DNA of 64,000 nt from Pseudomonadota bacterium (lineage in GTDB: Bacteria > Pseudomonadota > Gammaproteobacteria > Methylococcales > Methylococcaceae): positions 12,476 to 76,475 of the forward strand of contig JBEGVN010000014.1 in the NCBI GenBank assembly GCA_041178325.1. Direction: 5' to 3'. The translations under genes and the position numbers were made by a program. Position 1 is the first letter of the stretch. Every line of letters begins with the position of its first letter. Positions 63,727 to 64,000 of this stretch are shown here, piece after piece. The notes beneath the pieces are model-generated. The model made no database searches. It saw nothing but the letters and a program-made list of their open reading frames with translations, and was not told where the DNA came from.

Positions 63727-64000
63727 TCAGTCGTCGCGTCCCCAGCGAACTCGGACTTCATAAGCCGCCGTTTGATAGTCGATATCCAGATGGCCGTCGT
63801 ATGCACGTTTTAATTGATCTCCAAATTGCACGGCCAGATGGGGTTCCGTAAAGGTCAAAAGCCATGTGCCATCAGGATTCTTGACTCGACCCATCAAACG
63901 CTTGAGGGGATGTTCGCATTTTTCGCGTTCAAGAAGGTGTGTCATCATTTGATCGATTTCAATGATGTGTTTTTGATAAAAACTGCCATGAATGGTGAGA
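63727..64000 (-). CDS. Hypothetical protein, C-terminal part. The frame stays open to the right edge.
   Basis: The 73-aa track ORF has no stop upstream of its Met in the remaining 52 nt (LTIHGSFYQKHIIEIDQMM...). Confidence 0.4.
   Translation of the reverse strand, partial: LTIHGSFYQKHIIEIDQMMTHLLEREKCEHPLKRLMGRVKNPDGTWLLTFTEPHLAVQFGDQLKRAYDGHLDIDYQTAAYEVRVRWGRDD

Noticed and set aside
1-64000. Scan for CRISPR arrays, tRNA/rRNA genes, integrases, transposases, toxin-antitoxin pairs and known defence-system hallmarks
   Set aside because: Inspection of the intergenic regions and the ORF translations found no regularly spaced repeats, no cloverleaf-like intergenic segments and no recombinase or nuclease signatures. 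tRNAscan, Infernal and DefenseFinder would be needed to confirm absence.

Overview
This is a proteobacterial chromosomal window of moderately high GC in three blocks. (1) nt 1-14732 is part of a conjugative element of the MOBH relaxase / F-type mating-pair class (SXT/IncC-like). It has a traD-traI-auxiliary operon and a traF-traH-traG operon on the minus strand. Between them on the plus strand lie an orphan OmpR-type response regulator, an MDR oxidoreductase, an FlhD/FlhC-like activator pair, and an intact 773-codon P1B-type ATPase homologue in which every catalytic motif is replaced. (2) nt ~15800-22600 is a lower-GC islet. It holds two paralogous ~940-aa exoproteins with a TPS (haemagglutinin N-terminal) domain, separated by a membrane-protein gene, and no TpsB transporter is in the window. 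(3) The remainder is housekeeping and envelope genes: srkA, lpxK, gstA, a FUSC/AaeAB-type efflux set, dsbD plus a TlpA-like gene, an orphan OMF and an OprB porin. An eight-gene co-directional train follows (mdtABC, Rieske oxygenase, DUF748, Bfd-like, an extreme Gly/His/Trp/Tyr-rich secreted protein, a Gly-zipper lipoprotein). After it come a ZIP transporter, a CreC-like kinase, an NlpE-like gene, a U32 peptidase operon, a yahK-like gene, pgi and gnd. I saw no rRNA, tRNA, CRISPR array, integrase or transposase. The most unusual items are four. First, the dead P-type ATPase in the FlhDC-like operon. Second, a shared inverted-repeat element upstream of both tra operons, one copy ending directly at the srkA stop codon. 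Third, the TpsB-less TPS pair with an abrupt compositional switch inside the second gene. Fourth, the GHWY-rich protein operon. All functional calls rest on motif recognition by eye, and no database search was run.
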